Assembly: GCA_965248925.1 (NCBI GenBank)
Contig: CBDFLE010000006.1
Coordinates: 4,384,001 to 4,448,000 of the forward strand
DNA: 64,000 nt
Origin: Candidatus Multivoradales bacterium
Lineage (GTDB): Bacteria; Acidobacteriota; Thermoanaerobaculia; Multivoradales; J023
Reading direction: 5' to 3'
Positions 18,712 to 28,736 of this stretch are shown one piece after another (within the stretch, counting starts at the first letter, position 1; every line of letters begins with the position of its first letter). A program made the translations under genes and the position numbers. The notes beneath the pieces were generated by a model. The model was not told the DNA's origin and ran no database searches. It saw nothing but the letters and a program-made list of their open reading frames with translations.

Positions 18712-19854
18712 ATGAGACCTGGAAAAAGCGCTTTGGATGTTTCCTCATGGTTGGTTTCGGCAGGGCGGCAGGGGCTGCCCGGAGAGCCGCTCAACACTCC
18801 TTTGGTGCCGGCTTCTAATTTCGTTCGTGGTGGCGAGCGGGTCTATGCTCGTGACGATGGAACGGCTACGTGGCAGGCCCTGGAAGACTTAGTCGGCGGC
18901 CTGGAAGGGGGGCGGTCGATCGCTTTTGCATCGGGAATGGCGGCGATAGCCGCGGTTTTCGATCAGCTCGGCTCCGGGGCCAAAATCGTGCTGCCAGACG
19001 ATTGTTACCACGCCGTCGCCCAGCTTGCCGAAGGTGGTGGGCGTAAGGGCTTCTGGCAGGTCGATAGGCTGGCGGTCGGCGATACTGCCGGCTGGATCAC
19101 CGCCGCCAAGTCCGCCGATTTGCTGTGGTTGGAATCGCCCTCAAACCCGCTGTTGCAGGTGGCGGATGTGGTCGCGATCTGTCCGGCGGAGCGCCAGCCG
19201 GGATCGCTCTTGGTGGTCGACAACACCTTTGCTACCCCGCTCAATCAGCGGCCCTTGGAGCTGGGTGCCGACATCTCGGTACAATCGGCGACCAAGTTCA
19301 TCGGTGGGCACTCGGATCTGCTGGCTGGTGTCGCTACCACCGCCGATGAAGATCTGGCCCAACGACTAGCCCACAGTCGAGTCCTGAGTGGTGCCACACC
19401 GGGTGCCTTGGAAACCTATCTGGCAGTCCGTGGAGCCCGCACGATGGCGCTGCGCCTGGAACGCGGGCAGCAGACCGCGGCGGTGATCGCCGAGCGTCTT
19501 GAGCACCATCGTGCGGTGCGGCTGACCCGCTATCCCGGCCTCCCATCCCACCCTGGCCACCAGTTGGCGCGGCGGCAGCTAGGGGGCTTCGGCACCATCA
19601 TCTCGTTTGATGTGCACGGAGGAGCTGCGGCTGCCGACCAGGTCTGTCAGGCGGTCGAGCTGATCCACCACGCCACCAGCCTCGGGGCGGTGGAGTCGAC
19701 CATGGAGCGCCGCGGGGGGATCTCCGGCCAGCAGCATCTACCGCCTTCGCTGCTTCGCCTCAGTGTCGGTATCGAAGATCCGCAGGATCTCTGGACGGAT
19801 CTCGATCGGGCCTTGTGCTTACTCCCCGATCCAGGTCTCGATCTTGGCCTCTAG
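18712..19854 (+). CDS. PLP-dependent trans-sulfuration enzyme (cystathionine gamma-synthase/lyase family)
   Basis: FASGMAA, ESPSNP, VDNTFATP, SATKFIGGHSD, RLSVGIE; ATG 18712 preferred. Confidence 0.9.
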   Translation: MRPGKSALDVSSWLVSAGRQGLPGEPLNTPLVPASNFVRGGERVYARDDGTATWQALEDLVGGLEGGRSIAFASGMAAIAAVFDQLGSGAKIVLPDDCYHAVAQLAEGGGRKGFWQVDRLAVGDTAGWITAAKSADLLWLESPSNPLLQVADVVAICPAERQPGSLLVVDNTFATPLNQRPLELGADISVQSATKFIGGHSDLLAGVATTADEDLAQRLAHSRVLSGATPGALETYLAVRGARTMALRLERGQQTAAVIAERLEHHRAVRLTRYPGLPSHPGHQLARRQLGGFGTIISFDVHGGAAAADQVCQAVELIHHATSLGAVESTMERRGGISGQQHLPPSLLRLSVGIEDPQDLWTDLDRALCLLPDPGLDLGL

Positions 19855-20873
19855 AACCGGCAGTGGTAGTGCTCCGGTGTCGAGTACTTGGGCGTGAAAG
19901 GCGGCCAGGCTGAAGCTCTCGCCAAACTCGGCTTCGGCTTTCTGGCGCAGTTCTAGCAAACTTAGTTGACCCAGTTTGTAGGCCAGGAGCGGTAGAGCTT
20001 GTCGCCATCGGTCATCGATGCCAGGCCGGGAACTCCGCGGCGGCTGGCTGGCAAATAGCGCTGTTGCAAGAACCGGCGCAGACGCTGGTAGGCGGGCAGG
20101 ACCTTGCTGGCGATGGCAGCTTGGTAAGCATCGACCAGCCGCTGCCGGTCGGCCGCGGAGATCTGCTCGGGGAAGTTCTGGCTGGGCTGCAAGAAGGTGC
20201 TGCCGTCTACTCCACGAGCGATCGCGACGTCGAGTTGCGCGATGACTTTGAGAGTTACGAACTCAGGTTGGGTGTGGCCGCTAGCGATGCCCTCGAGCAT
20301 CGCCTGCTGCGCTCGCTTCAGGTAGGTGACAAAGCCATCGAGACGCTGCAAACCGTGCTCGAAATCCGCCAACGTGTTGAAAGGCAGCATCGATTGTCCC
20401 GAGGACATTTCGGGAAAAGAGACGTGGTAGCCGAAAAGTTGATCGAAGGGCAGTTGGCGCAGCATCTCGGCCGCGCCGCTTTTGAACTTGCTCAGCTCGG
20501 CCTCGGCTTGATAGCGAAAAACGTCATAGCTGATCTTATTCTCGGCGGTCAGGTCTTGGCGATCGATGGTCTCCAGCCGCTGTAAATCTAGGCTCGCTTT
20601 GGCGGCCATGGCGGCGATGTACTCGTGGCTGATGTAGTCGCCAAACTGCTCGGCGTGAGCCTGTTCGCCGCGCGCCAGGGCGCCTAGAGGATCCAGCGCG
20701 AGCTGTCGTTGGTCGCTGCTGTCGAACAGAGCGGCGAGGGCCGCGCCGCCGCGGCCTTCGGCCGCTGGCTTGGCCGGAGTGCTCGACGCTTGAGAATCTG
20801 CTAGGCCGCTGCAGCCGAGGAAGCTGCCGCCCAATATCAAGACAGCAAGGGGTGCAAGAGCTTTATGTGCCAT
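19819..20873 (-). pseudogene. DUF885-family lipoprotein with internal deletion and frameshift
   Basis: N-terminal part (lipobox FLGC ... MTDGDKLY) joins at about 19987 to the conserved C-terminus LAYKLGQL...FHAQVLDTGALPLPVLE in another frame (stop 19819); central HExxPGH region absent. Confidence 0.8.
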
Positions 20874-20900
20874 TTATGTTCTCCAAGTTTGCGTTTGCGA

Positions 20901-21668
20901 TCAAGGGGTGATGCTGAAGTAAATGCCGCCCCACAATTTCACCGGTTGCTCTCTCAGTACCTGCTGGTCGAGACTGTCGCTGTAGGCCATGCGCAGCTTC
21001 AGCGCACCTTTTGCCAGGGCGAAGTCGAGATCTCCAGTGGCTCCCCAATGGTGCCAACCGGGGTCAGTGGCGTCGAAGAATCTGGCGAACTGCTCGCCGG
21101 CGTAGGCGATTGTTGTCTTTAGCGAGGCGCTGATCTTACGGTTTAGCTGGCGACTGTCTTGCAAGTGTAAAAGTACGAAGTAGTCACGTAGCAGGTCGAC
21201 GTTGTAGTTGATCTCGAGGCTCGGAGAAAGCAAGGTTTTTGACCGCAAGTGGAGGTAGGCCTCACCGGTACTGTCGATGCCGCCAGGAAAGATCAGCTCG
21301 ACGTAGCCGGCCTTGAAACTGATCTGCCCCAAGTCCCAGCGATAATAAAAATCGAGATCGATCTCCTGCACCTCACCTGCTTGGTGGCGCTCGTTGCTGA
21401 GGTCCAGACCGGCCCAAAAACTGAGGCCGAACCCGCTCGGATGATCCATCGTCGCCGAGACATTGAACACCGGGAACTCGCGCAGGGTGATGCCTCGCCA
21501 GACGTGTGGGTAGCGGTAGGCGAATGCATAGGTGAATTCGGCCGCCGCCGCTGTCGAGGCTGATAAGCCTGACAGGGCCAACGCGGCGACGGCTATCACC
21601 ATGACCGTCGAGCGGCACCGCCTGTGGCCGGCCTCGACAGTTGATTCGGGGTGGGGAGTGGCTGTCAT
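20901..21668 (-). CDS. Outer-membrane beta-barrel, TorF/TIGR02001-like putative porin
   Basis: Signal peptide, VWRG motif, EIDL.FYY, alternating amphipathic strands. Confidence 0.65.
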   Translation of the reverse strand: MTATPHPESTVEAGHRRCRSTVMVIAVAALALSGLSASTAAAAEFTYAFAYRYPHVWRGITLREFPVFNVSATMDHPSGFGLSFWAGLDLSNERHQAGEVQEIDLDFYYRWDLGQISFKAGYVELIFPGGIDSTGEAYLHLRSKTLLSPSLEINYNVDLLRDYFVLLHLQDSRQLNRKISASLKTTIAYAGEQFARFFDATDPGWHHWGATGDLDFALAKGALKLRMAYSDSLDQQVLREQPVKLWGGIYFSITP

Positions 21669-21946
21669 GGGATAGAGATTTGCACGGAGCAGGGGGGTAG
21701 AAAAGTGGCAGAATCGTCATTTATAGTCCTAATCGCGCCAAGCTAATTGAGTTACGCTGGTAGGTCCAACTGTGGCCGTCCGACTGCTGCCGAGGTACCG
21801 GCTGATCTGCTCGAGGGTGGTGTTTGGCGTGCTAAGCTGACGCTCCCGAAAACAGGTTCTTCCCTGCATCACTTAGGGTTTTGCAGTGCCTCGGTATGGG
21901 CCGGCTCGACGGCAGCTCCGGGGATCCGAGAGACAAGGAGGCAGTC

Positions 21947-23116
21947 TTGAAAATACACGAGTACCAGGCCAAGGAGATCTTGCGCCGGTATGGGGTGATC
22001 ACCCCCAGGGGCAAAGTGACGGACGAGGCGTCCGAGGCGCGTTCAATCTGCGAGGAATTCGGCGGCTGCTGCGTGGTCAAGGCGCAGATTCACGCCGGTG
22101 GGCGGGGCAAGGGCGGTGGCGTCAAGTTGGCCAATTCGGCGGCCGAGGCCGAGCAATTTGCCGAGCAGATTCTCGGCATGCGGTTGGTCACCCCGCAGAC
22201 CGGTGCGGAGGGTCAGTTGGTGCGTCAGGTGCTGATCGAGGAAGCGGTCGATATCGATCGTGAGCTCTACCTGGCGGTGCTGCTCGATCGCGACGCTTCG
22301 AGACCGCTGGTCATGGCCTCACTGGCCGGTGGCATGGACATCGAAGAAGTTGCCGCCGAGACTCCCGAGGCGATCGTCCGCCAGCATTTTGACCCCCACC
22401 TTGGCTTGCTGCCGTTCGAAGCGCGGGCGGTCACCAACGGCCTCGGCCTGCGCGGCAAGACCGCTCGCCAAGCGGCCAAGCTGATCACCGCCTTGAGCCG
22501 GGCTTTCCTCGAAACCGATGCTTCCCTGGCCGAGATCAATCCGCTGTTGATCACTGGTGCTGGTGAGGTGTTGGCGCTGGACGCGAAGATGGACTTCGAC
22601 TCCAACGCCCTCTTCCGCCACCGCGACATCGCTGAAATGCGGGACGTGGCCGAGGAGAATCCGCTCGAGGTGCGGGCCAGTGAGCATGGTTTGAACTACA
22701 TCAAGCTCGATGGCAACATCGCTTGCATGGTCAACGGTGCTGGGTTGGCGATGGGCACCATGGACATCATCAAGCTCTACGGCGGTGAGCCGGCCAATTT
22801 CCTCGACGTCGGTGGCTCGGCCAGCCAAGAAGCGGTAAAGAGCGCTTTCGAGATCTTGGTTTCCGACCCGTCGGTGAAGGCGGTGTTGATCAACATTTTT
22901 GGCGGTATTGCCCGCACCGACCGCATTGCCCGCGGGGTGGTCAGCGCGATTTCCGAACTTGGCGATGTCAAGCTGCCGGTGGTGGTGCGGCTCGAAGGCA
23001 CCAACGTCGAAGAAGGGCGCCGGGTGCTGCGCGAAGCAGGCTTTGATTTCATCGTTGCGCGGCAGATGGCCGACGCGGCCGAGAAGGTCGTGGCGGCGGT
23101 CGGAGGAGGTCAGTAA
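21947..23116 (+). CDS. sucC: Succinyl-CoA synthetase beta subunit
   Basis: TTG start after AAGGAGG; [38 protein letters not shown]. Confidence 0.97.
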   Translation: MKIHEYQAKEILRRYGVITPRGKVTDEASEARSICEEFGGCCVVKAQIHAGGRGKGGGVKLANSAAEAEQFAEQILGMRLVTPQTGAEGQLVRQVLIEEAVDIDRELYLAVLLDRDASRPLVMASLAGGMDIEEVAAETPEAIVRQHFDPHLGLLPFEARAVTNGLGLRGKTARQAAKLITALSRAFLETDASLAEINPLLITGAGEVLALDAKMDFDSNALFRHRDIAEMRDVAEENPLEVRASEHGLNYIKLDGNIACMVNGAGLAMGTMDIIKLYGGEPANFLDVGGSASQEAVKSAFEILVSDPSVKAVLINIFGGIARTDRIARGVVSAISELGDVKLPVVVRLEGTNVEEGRRVLREAGFDFIVARQMADAAEKVVAAVGGGQ

Positions 23117-23994
23117 TGGCTATTTGGGTCGACAACGACACGAGGTTGCTAGTCCAGGGTGTGACCGGCAAGGAAGGTGGTTTCCATGCCGCGGGCTGCC
23201 GCGAATACGGCACTCAGGTAGTTGCCGGCGTTACCCCTGGCAAGGGGGGGCAGGAGGCTGAGGGCATTCCAGTTTACGATTCGGTGGCTGAGGCTCGTGC
23301 CGCCACCGGCTGCAACGCGACGATGATTTTCGTCCCGCCTCCCTTCGCCGCCGATGCCATCATGGAAGCGGCGGCAGCCGGTATCGAGCTGATCGTTTGT
23401 ATCACCGAGGGCATTCCGGTCAACGACATGCTCAAGGTGCGGGCCTTCATGGCCAACGGCGACAGCCGTCTGATCGGTCCCAACTGTCCCGGCATCATCA
23501 CCCCCGGCCAGGCCAAGATCGGCATTATGCCGGGTCATATTCATCTGCCGGGTCGAGTGGGGGTGATCAGTCGCTCTGGCACCCTGACCTATGAGGCGGT
23601 GTGGCAGCTGACCAACCTGCGGCTCGGCCAGTCGACCTGCGTTGGCATCGGTGGCGATCCGGTCAATGGCACCAGCTTCATCGATGTGTTGAGTGCTTTC
23701 AACGCGGACCCCGACACCGACGCGGTGATCATGATCGGTGAGATCGGCGGCAACGCCGAAGAGCAGGCGGCGGCATGGATCCGCGATCACTTCACCAAGC
23801 CGGTGGTGGGGTTTATCGCCGGTCGCACGGCGCCGCCGGGACGCCGCATGGGTCACGCCGGCGCTATCGTCTCGGGCGGGCAAGGCACCGCCGAAGCCAA
23901 GATGAAGGCGCTGACCGTTTGTGGAATCCACGTTGTCGAATCACCGGCCGAACTCGGGGTGACGATGCAGAAAGCGCTTGGTGAGTCGGCCTAG
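23116..23994 (+). CDS. sucD: Succinyl-CoA synthetase alpha subunit
   Basis: [26 protein letters not shown] (phospho-His). Confidence 0.97.
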   Translation: MAIWVDNDTRLLVQGVTGKEGGFHAAGCREYGTQVVAGVTPGKGGQEAEGIPVYDSVAEARAATGCNATMIFVPPPFAADAIMEAAAAGIELIVCITEGIPVNDMLKVRAFMANGDSRLIGPNCPGIITPGQAKIGIMPGHIHLPGRVGVISRSGTLTYEAVWQLTNLRLGQSTCVGIGGDPVNGTSFIDVLSAFNADPDTDAVIMIGEIGGNAEEQAAAWIRDHFTKPVVGFIAGRTAPPGRRMGHAGAIVSGGQGTAEAKMKALTVCGIHVVESPAELGVTMQKALGESA

Positions 23995-24705
23995 ATGGAG
24001 GGACTACGGAGAATTCCGGGCGCCGGTTGGTTGGCGCTGATTGGCGGCGGCGAGTTTAGCTTCGAGGAAACCGAAGTGGCCGACGCCGCCTGGTTGGCCA
24101 AGACCGGTCCGGGAGGACTGGGATTCATCCCCGCGGCCAGTGGTTCTGACGACTACGGCCGGCATTTCGGGGTCTATCTCGACGAGTATTTCGAGCGCCA
24201 GATCGATCTCTTGCCGATCTACCGACCGCGCGACGCACGCCGCGCCAAGAACGCTCAGCGAATCGAAGAGTGCGCTGCGATCTACCTCGGTGGCGGGGTG
24301 CCCGAGGCCCTCCTCGACACACTGTTGGCGACGCGGTGTCACGATAGTTTGACCGCCAAGCTCAAAGATGGCGGCGTGGTGGTGGCTATCGCTACCGCCG
24401 CGCAAGCCGCCGGTGAGCGGCTGCGCGGGCTGCGAGGCAAGGGGTTGTTGGATGGTTTCGCTTGGTTGCCAGGAGGCTTTGTCGAACCCAACTTCGATCC
24501 CGCCCACGATCGTCGCTTGCGCGCGGCGTTGGCCGCGGGCGAGGCGAGTTGGGGTTTGGGCATCCCGAGTGGCGCGGCGGTTCTGCTGGTCCGAACGGTG
24601 CAGTCGAAGTCAGCGGCTTGGCCTTCTTCTTGGCCGATGCCGAAGCCGACTACCAGATTCTTGGTGACACTGACAAAGAAACCCTGCCGAGTTGAACATA
24701 GGTAG
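23995..24705 (+). CDS. Peptidase S51 (cyanophycinase/PepE)-like protein, catalytic triad absent; probable frameshift near 24588
   Basis: LALIGGGE, FIPAAS, IYLGGG conserved; GxSAG reads AIATA, PHF reads PNF, GIDE reads GIPS; family-like tail GPNGAVEVSG lies in another frame ending 24695. Confidence 0.75.
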   Translation: MEGLRRIPGAGWLALIGGGEFSFEETEVADAAWLAKTGPGGLGFIPAASGSDDYGRHFGVYLDEYFERQIDLLPIYRPRDARRAKNAQRIEECAAIYLGGGVPEALLDTLLATRCHDSLTAKLKDGGVVVAIATAAQAAGERLRGLRGKGLLDGFAWLPGGFVEPNFDPAHDRRLRAALAAGEASWGLGIPSGAAVLLVRTVQSKSAAWPSSWPMPKPTTRFLVTLTKKPCRVEHR

Positions 24706-24875
24706 GGGCCTACGGGGATTGCTCTAAGAGTGCTTCCGGCATAAGGTGCCCCCTCCGGTGGCGGCTGGTTTTGGCCGGCTGTCTCACCCTGAAGACGACC
24801 CCATTCCGGGTATTGCCGCCCGGCTGCAAATCGCGCCGATCTGCTCCTCAGATCGGGCCCGCGTAGGAGATCACC

Positions 24876-25298
24876 ATGGCCACTACCCTGACCATCGTCA
24901 AACCCGACGCCTTCGCCGCCGGCAACGCCGGCAACATCCTCGCTCTGCTGGAGAAAGAGGGCTTCACCATTCGCTGCGTCAAGCTGTTGCGGCTTACCGA
25001 GGCCCAAGCCGGTGCTTTCTACGAAGTTCACCGAGAGCGTCCGTTCTATGGCAGCCTGGTCGAGTTCATGACCAGCGGTCCGGCCTTGGCGGTGGCTCTG
25101 GAGCGCGACAACGCCGTCGCCCACCTGCGCCAGGTGATGGGCGCTACCGACGTTAGCCAAGCCGAGGTCGGCACCATCCGCGCGCTCTACGGCACCTCGA
25201 TCGAAAAGAACGCCATCCACGGCAGCGACTCGGCAGAGAATGCGGCGCTCGAAACCAGCTTCTTCTTCTCCCGCACCGAGTTGCTAGCGGCGGGCTGA
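24876..25298 (+). CDS. ndk: Nucleoside diphosphate kinase
   Basis: IVKPDA, FYEVH..RPFY..LVEFMTSGP, GTIR, NAIHGSDS. Confidence 0.97.
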   Translation: MATTLTIVKPDAFAAGNAGNILALLEKEGFTIRCVKLLRLTEAQAGAFYEVHRERPFYGSLVEFMTSGPALAVALERDNAVAHLRQVMGATDVSQAEVGTIRALYGTSIEKNAIHGSDSAENAALETSFFFSRTELLAAG

Positions 25299-25385
25299 GG
25301 AACAGGCCCCAGCGGCCCCCGGAAGCAGCTGATATGCTTCAGCTGTCGGAGAAGGCTGTGACTTCAGGTCACAATCGGAGTCCCC

Positions 25386-25616
25386 ATGGTGGTGCCAGCA
25401 ATCAAGCAGCAGATCCTCGAGGATCTAGACCAGCTCTCGCCCGCTAGGCAGCGGCGCGTTGCGGAACTAATTCGCGGTCTGGTTTCGGCCCCGCCGCGTG
25501 GAACAGCTGGCCGAGATCTGCTGCGTTTCGCTGGCACCCTCGACGACCAGTCCGCTCGCGAGATGACCCAGGCGATCGAAGAGGGGTGCGAACGGGTAGA
25601 CATCGATGGATGGTAG
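25386..25616 (+). CDS. Putative antitoxin upstream of PIN toxin
   Basis: 76 aa, GGAG SD, acidic C-terminus, overlaps downstream PIN gene. Confidence 0.7.
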   Translation: MVVPAIKQQILEDLDQLSPARQRRVAELIRGLVSAPPRGTAGRDLLRFAGTLDDQSAREMTQAIEEGCERVDIDGW

Positions 25617-25995
25617 GTATCTTCTAGACACCAATATTGTCGTCGCACTCTTTAACGGCGACTCCGGGATCGACCGCCAACTCCGCCTGGTCTCGGAAGT
25701 TTTCCTACCGTCCATTGCGCTTGGCGAACTCTACTTCGGTGCGGCTCACTCTGGCCGACCGGAGGCCAACGCCGCTCGAATCGATGATTTTGCCGAGACC
25801 TGCACGATTCATAGGGTTGACGACCGGACAGCGCGCGAATATGGCCGCATCAAGGGCGAACTACGAAGGCGAGGGCGGCCGATTCCTGAGAACGATATTT
25901 GGATTGCTGCCTGCGCTCTCCAGCATGAACTGATCCTGGTCACTCGTGACAATCACTTCAGTTCGGTCGATGATCTCGCCGCCGAATGTTGGTAG
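25606..25995 (+). CDS. vapC: VapC-family PIN toxin
   Basis: YLLDTN, GELYFGA, PIPENDIWIAA, LVTRD.HF. Confidence 0.92.
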   Translation: MDGRYLLDTNIVVALFNGDSGIDRQLRLVSEVFLPSIALGELYFGAAHSGRPEANAARIDDFAETCTIHRVDDRTAREYGRIKGELRRRGRPIPENDIWIAACALQHELILVTRDNHFSSVDDLAAECW

Positions 25996-26037
25996 GGCTT
26001 CCAAGAGGACCCATTCCAGGCAGCGAGTTGCCAAGGA

Positions 26038-27477
26038 TCAGGCTGCGGTTGTCGTCTCGGCACTGCCGACACCCTCTTCAGTGGACCGTGCCGGGCCGGC
26101 TGACTTTCTACGCCCGCCGCGGCGGGCGATTCTGGCCATGCGGGCGATGTCTTCTTCGAGTTCACGGCGCTTGCCGCGCAAATATCCCTGGAGATCGCGG
26201 CGGCGCAGGAACATCAAGAACACTCGGGTGTTCTCGAATATGCGCTGGCGCTCTTTATGGACTTTGACTGCGATGGCGGTGGTGATCGGTAGGCTGAGGG
26301 CGTAGAGGCCGGCTACCAGCGGACCGAAGAAGAAGGCCACCGCCAAGGTCTGAGATCCCCAGAACAGCAAGTAGAGGAAGAGGCCGCCGACGATGCTGGC
26401 GGTGTCGTATTGGTCGCGAGCCTTGGACGCCCGGCGGCTGATCAAGGCGGTGAAACCTTGGGGTAGGGCAGTGTTGATCAAACCCCACAAGGCGAGTGGC
26501 ATGACCAGCAGCAAGAAGAGCAGGGAGCGCAAGGCGAAGCGCGCCACGAGCAAGGGTTGATAGCGCACTTGCAGGTGGTAATCCTTGACCCCGAAGCGTT
26601 GGCAGAGGCGTTCGAAGCGGCGCAAGCGGGCACTGACTCGGGAGACTAGGGCGGGCTCGCGCCGGCTCATCCAGCGATGGGTTTGAATCAGCTGCTGCAA
26701 AGCGCGGAACCGCTGGCTCAAGGTTCTCTGCCGTTGTCGCCCCTTGCGAAAAGCAAAGAATTGTTGCAGTTGCTTGAGCAGTCTCAAATCTTTCCACGAA
26801 TCAATGTTCAAGGTGACTTCGGCTAGGCCCCGTTCAATTTCGCGAGTGGCGTTACGCACGCGATCTTCGTGCGTCTCACCGGTCCGCTGAGCGACCTTGA
26901 TCGGACTGCCGACTTGCACCAGCACGCTGGAGCGGAAGCGGCCTTTGTGGGTGAAGGTCAGGCCGACCGGGGTCACCACCGGGGATTGGCTGGCCTGTTC
27001 GGCGGCACCCAAGGCGAGGCGCGCGGCGCCGGTTTTCAGCGGCCGCAAGCTGGGGTCGGAATGGCTCTGCCCCTCGGGAAAGATCAGCAGCACCCGGCCA
27101 TCGGCAAGATACTCAAAGCAACGCTCGAAGCTGCCCTGGTTGCGGTTGGTGTCGGTTTGCTCCGGGTTGCGGCGGTAGATCGGTACCGCCTGCAGCACTG
27201 CCAGGATGGGCCGCAGCAGGGGCTTGCGGAATAGGCCGCCGCGGGCCAAGGGGTGGATCGGGCGGGGGATGGCGGCTTGCACGATCAACGCATCGACCAG
27301 CGCATTGGCGTGGTTGGCGCAGAGCACCACCGCGCCGTCGCTCGGCAGGCGCTCCAGGCCGCTGACTTCGAAGCGGCGGTAGAACAACTTGACGGTGATG
27401 CGGCACAGGCGGCGCCATGCCCGCTGGCCCAGGGTCGGCGGCGGCGAAGCTGCCGAGGATGTCGGTAGCGAATTCAT
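26038..27477 (-). CDS. PlsC-family (lyso)phospholipid acyltransferase with C-terminal TM region
   Basis: NHANALVD, IFPEG, PLKTGAAR. Confidence 0.88.
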   Translation of the reverse strand: MNSLPTSSAASPPPTLGQRAWRRLCRITVKLFYRRFEVSGLERLPSDGAVVLCANHANALVDALIVQAAIPRPIHPLARGGLFRKPLLRPILAVLQAVPIYRRNPEQTDTNRNQGSFERCFEYLADGRVLLIFPEGQSHSDPSLRPLKTGAARLALGAAEQASQSPVVTPVGLTFTHKGRFRSSVLVQVGSPIKVAQRTGETHEDRVRNATREIERGLAEVTLNIDSWKDLRLLKQLQQFFAFRKGRQRQRTLSQRFRALQQLIQTHRWMSRREPALVSRVSARLRRFERLCQRFGVKDYHLQVRYQPLLVARFALRSLLFLLLVMPLALWGLINTALPQGFTALISRRASKARDQYDTASIVGGLFLYLLFWGSQTLAVAFFFGPLVAGLYALSLPITTAIAVKVHKERQRIFENTRVFLMFLRRRDLQGYLRGKRRELEEDIARMARIARRGGRRKSAGPARSTEEGVGSAETTTAA

Positions 27478-27524
27478 GACAGTGGCAATTCTATGGCATA
27501 GGCTGGGTCCAAAGGAGATATGGG

Positions 27525-28484
27525 TTGTCGAGCTTGAAAGGGCATCTGTGGACCCTTGGACCGGTTCTCGGCCAACGGCTGCGGCCGCCGCGGGTGGTGG
27601 CGGGTGAGTCCTGGCGCCTCCGGCTGACCGATCCAGAAGTTGGTGAGGTCGAGCTCAGCGGCCAATTGCACGCGGTGCCAGGCAGTCCCTCACTGGTGGT
27701 CCTGGTGCATGGCTTGGGCGGCTGCATCGACAGCCAATACGTCATCCACGCCGCCCGCGAGGCGCACGCCCGCGGTGTGTCTTGCTTGCGTCTCAACATG
27801 CGCGGTGCCGATCGCCAGGGCGCGGACCTGCATCATGCCGGGCTCAGCGCGGATCTCGAAGCAGTGCTGGCCAGTGCCGAGTTGGCGCCCTATGACCATC
27901 TCTACGTGGCCGGTTTTTCGCTCGGTGGCCATCTGGCTCTGCACCTTGCCACTTGCGTTCGCGAGCCCCGCCTGCGGGCGGTGGCGGCGACTTGCTCGCC
28001 CCTCGACTTGTCGCAGTCGGTGGCCGCGTTCGATATCCCTCGCCGGGCGGTTTACCGGCGCTACGTGCTGGCGGGCTTGGTCGACATCTACAGCGCCATT
28101 GCCGCCCGTCGTACTCTGCCGGTGCCGCTGGCGCGAATGCGCCAGGTGCGCAAGCTGCGGGAGTGGGATCGTCTGTCGGTGGTGCCGCGGTTCGGCTTTA
28201 GCAGCACCGCCGATTACTACGCTCGCGCCAGCGTGGCGGCGCGGCTCGGTGAGCTGCGGGTGCCGGCATTGTTGGTGCTCAGCGAAGGCGATCCGATGGT
28301 GCCGACCGAGGCGGTGCGTCCGGTGTTGGAGGGCGCTCTGCCGCCCAGGCTGGAGGTGCGCTGGACGAAGCGCGGTGGGCACATGGGCTTTCCCTCCAAT
28401 CTCGATCTCGGCCTCGGTCAACGCAGCGGTATCTACGGCCAGGTGTTCAGCTGGTTGCTACAGCCCTCGCTGCAGGCGGTCTAG
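27525..28484 (+). CDS. Alpha/beta hydrolase, YheT family
   Basis: HGLGG, GFSLGG nucleophile elbow, DP, GGHMGF; TTG start with AAGGAG SD. Confidence 0.88.
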   Translation: MSSLKGHLWTLGPVLGQRLRPPRVVAGESWRLRLTDPEVGEVELSGQLHAVPGSPSLVVLVHGLGGCIDSQYVIHAAREAHARGVSCLRLNMRGADRQGADLHHAGLSADLEAVLASAELAPYDHLYVAGFSLGGHLALHLATCVREPRLRAVAATCSPLDLSQSVAAFDIPRRAVYRRYVLAGLVDIYSAIAARRTLPVPLARMRQVRKLREWDRLSVVPRFGFSSTADYYARASVAARLGELRVPALLVLSEGDPMVPTEAVRPVLEGALPPRLEVRWTKRGGHMGFPSNLDLGLGQRSGIYGQVFSWLLQPSLQAV

Positions 28485-28736
28485 GGACGTATCCTACGGA
28501 AGGCGTGGGTGATACGCCTCTCTAAGCATTGACCGTCAGGAGTCTTTCTGAGATAGACTGCGGGCTCTAGAGCCGAAGTACCTTCGGCGGTGGGGTCTTG
28601 CCGCGTGGCCAACTCCTCTGTCGAGCCGATATCTCGCCTGAGTCCCGTGCCGCTCAGTCGGTTCAATACACCCGTTAGGAAGAGCTGGTGGCGGCAGGCG
28701 AGTGATCTAGTTCAATATTCCGGAAGGAGAATTCCG

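Noticed and set aside
21830-21946. sucC leader as a riboswitch
   Set aside because: No recognisable aptamer motif or convincing stem set by eye
25386-25995. TA pairs (also 55820-56436) as markers of a mobile or defence island
   Set aside because: Isolated between housekeeping genes with no integrase, transposase or direct repeats
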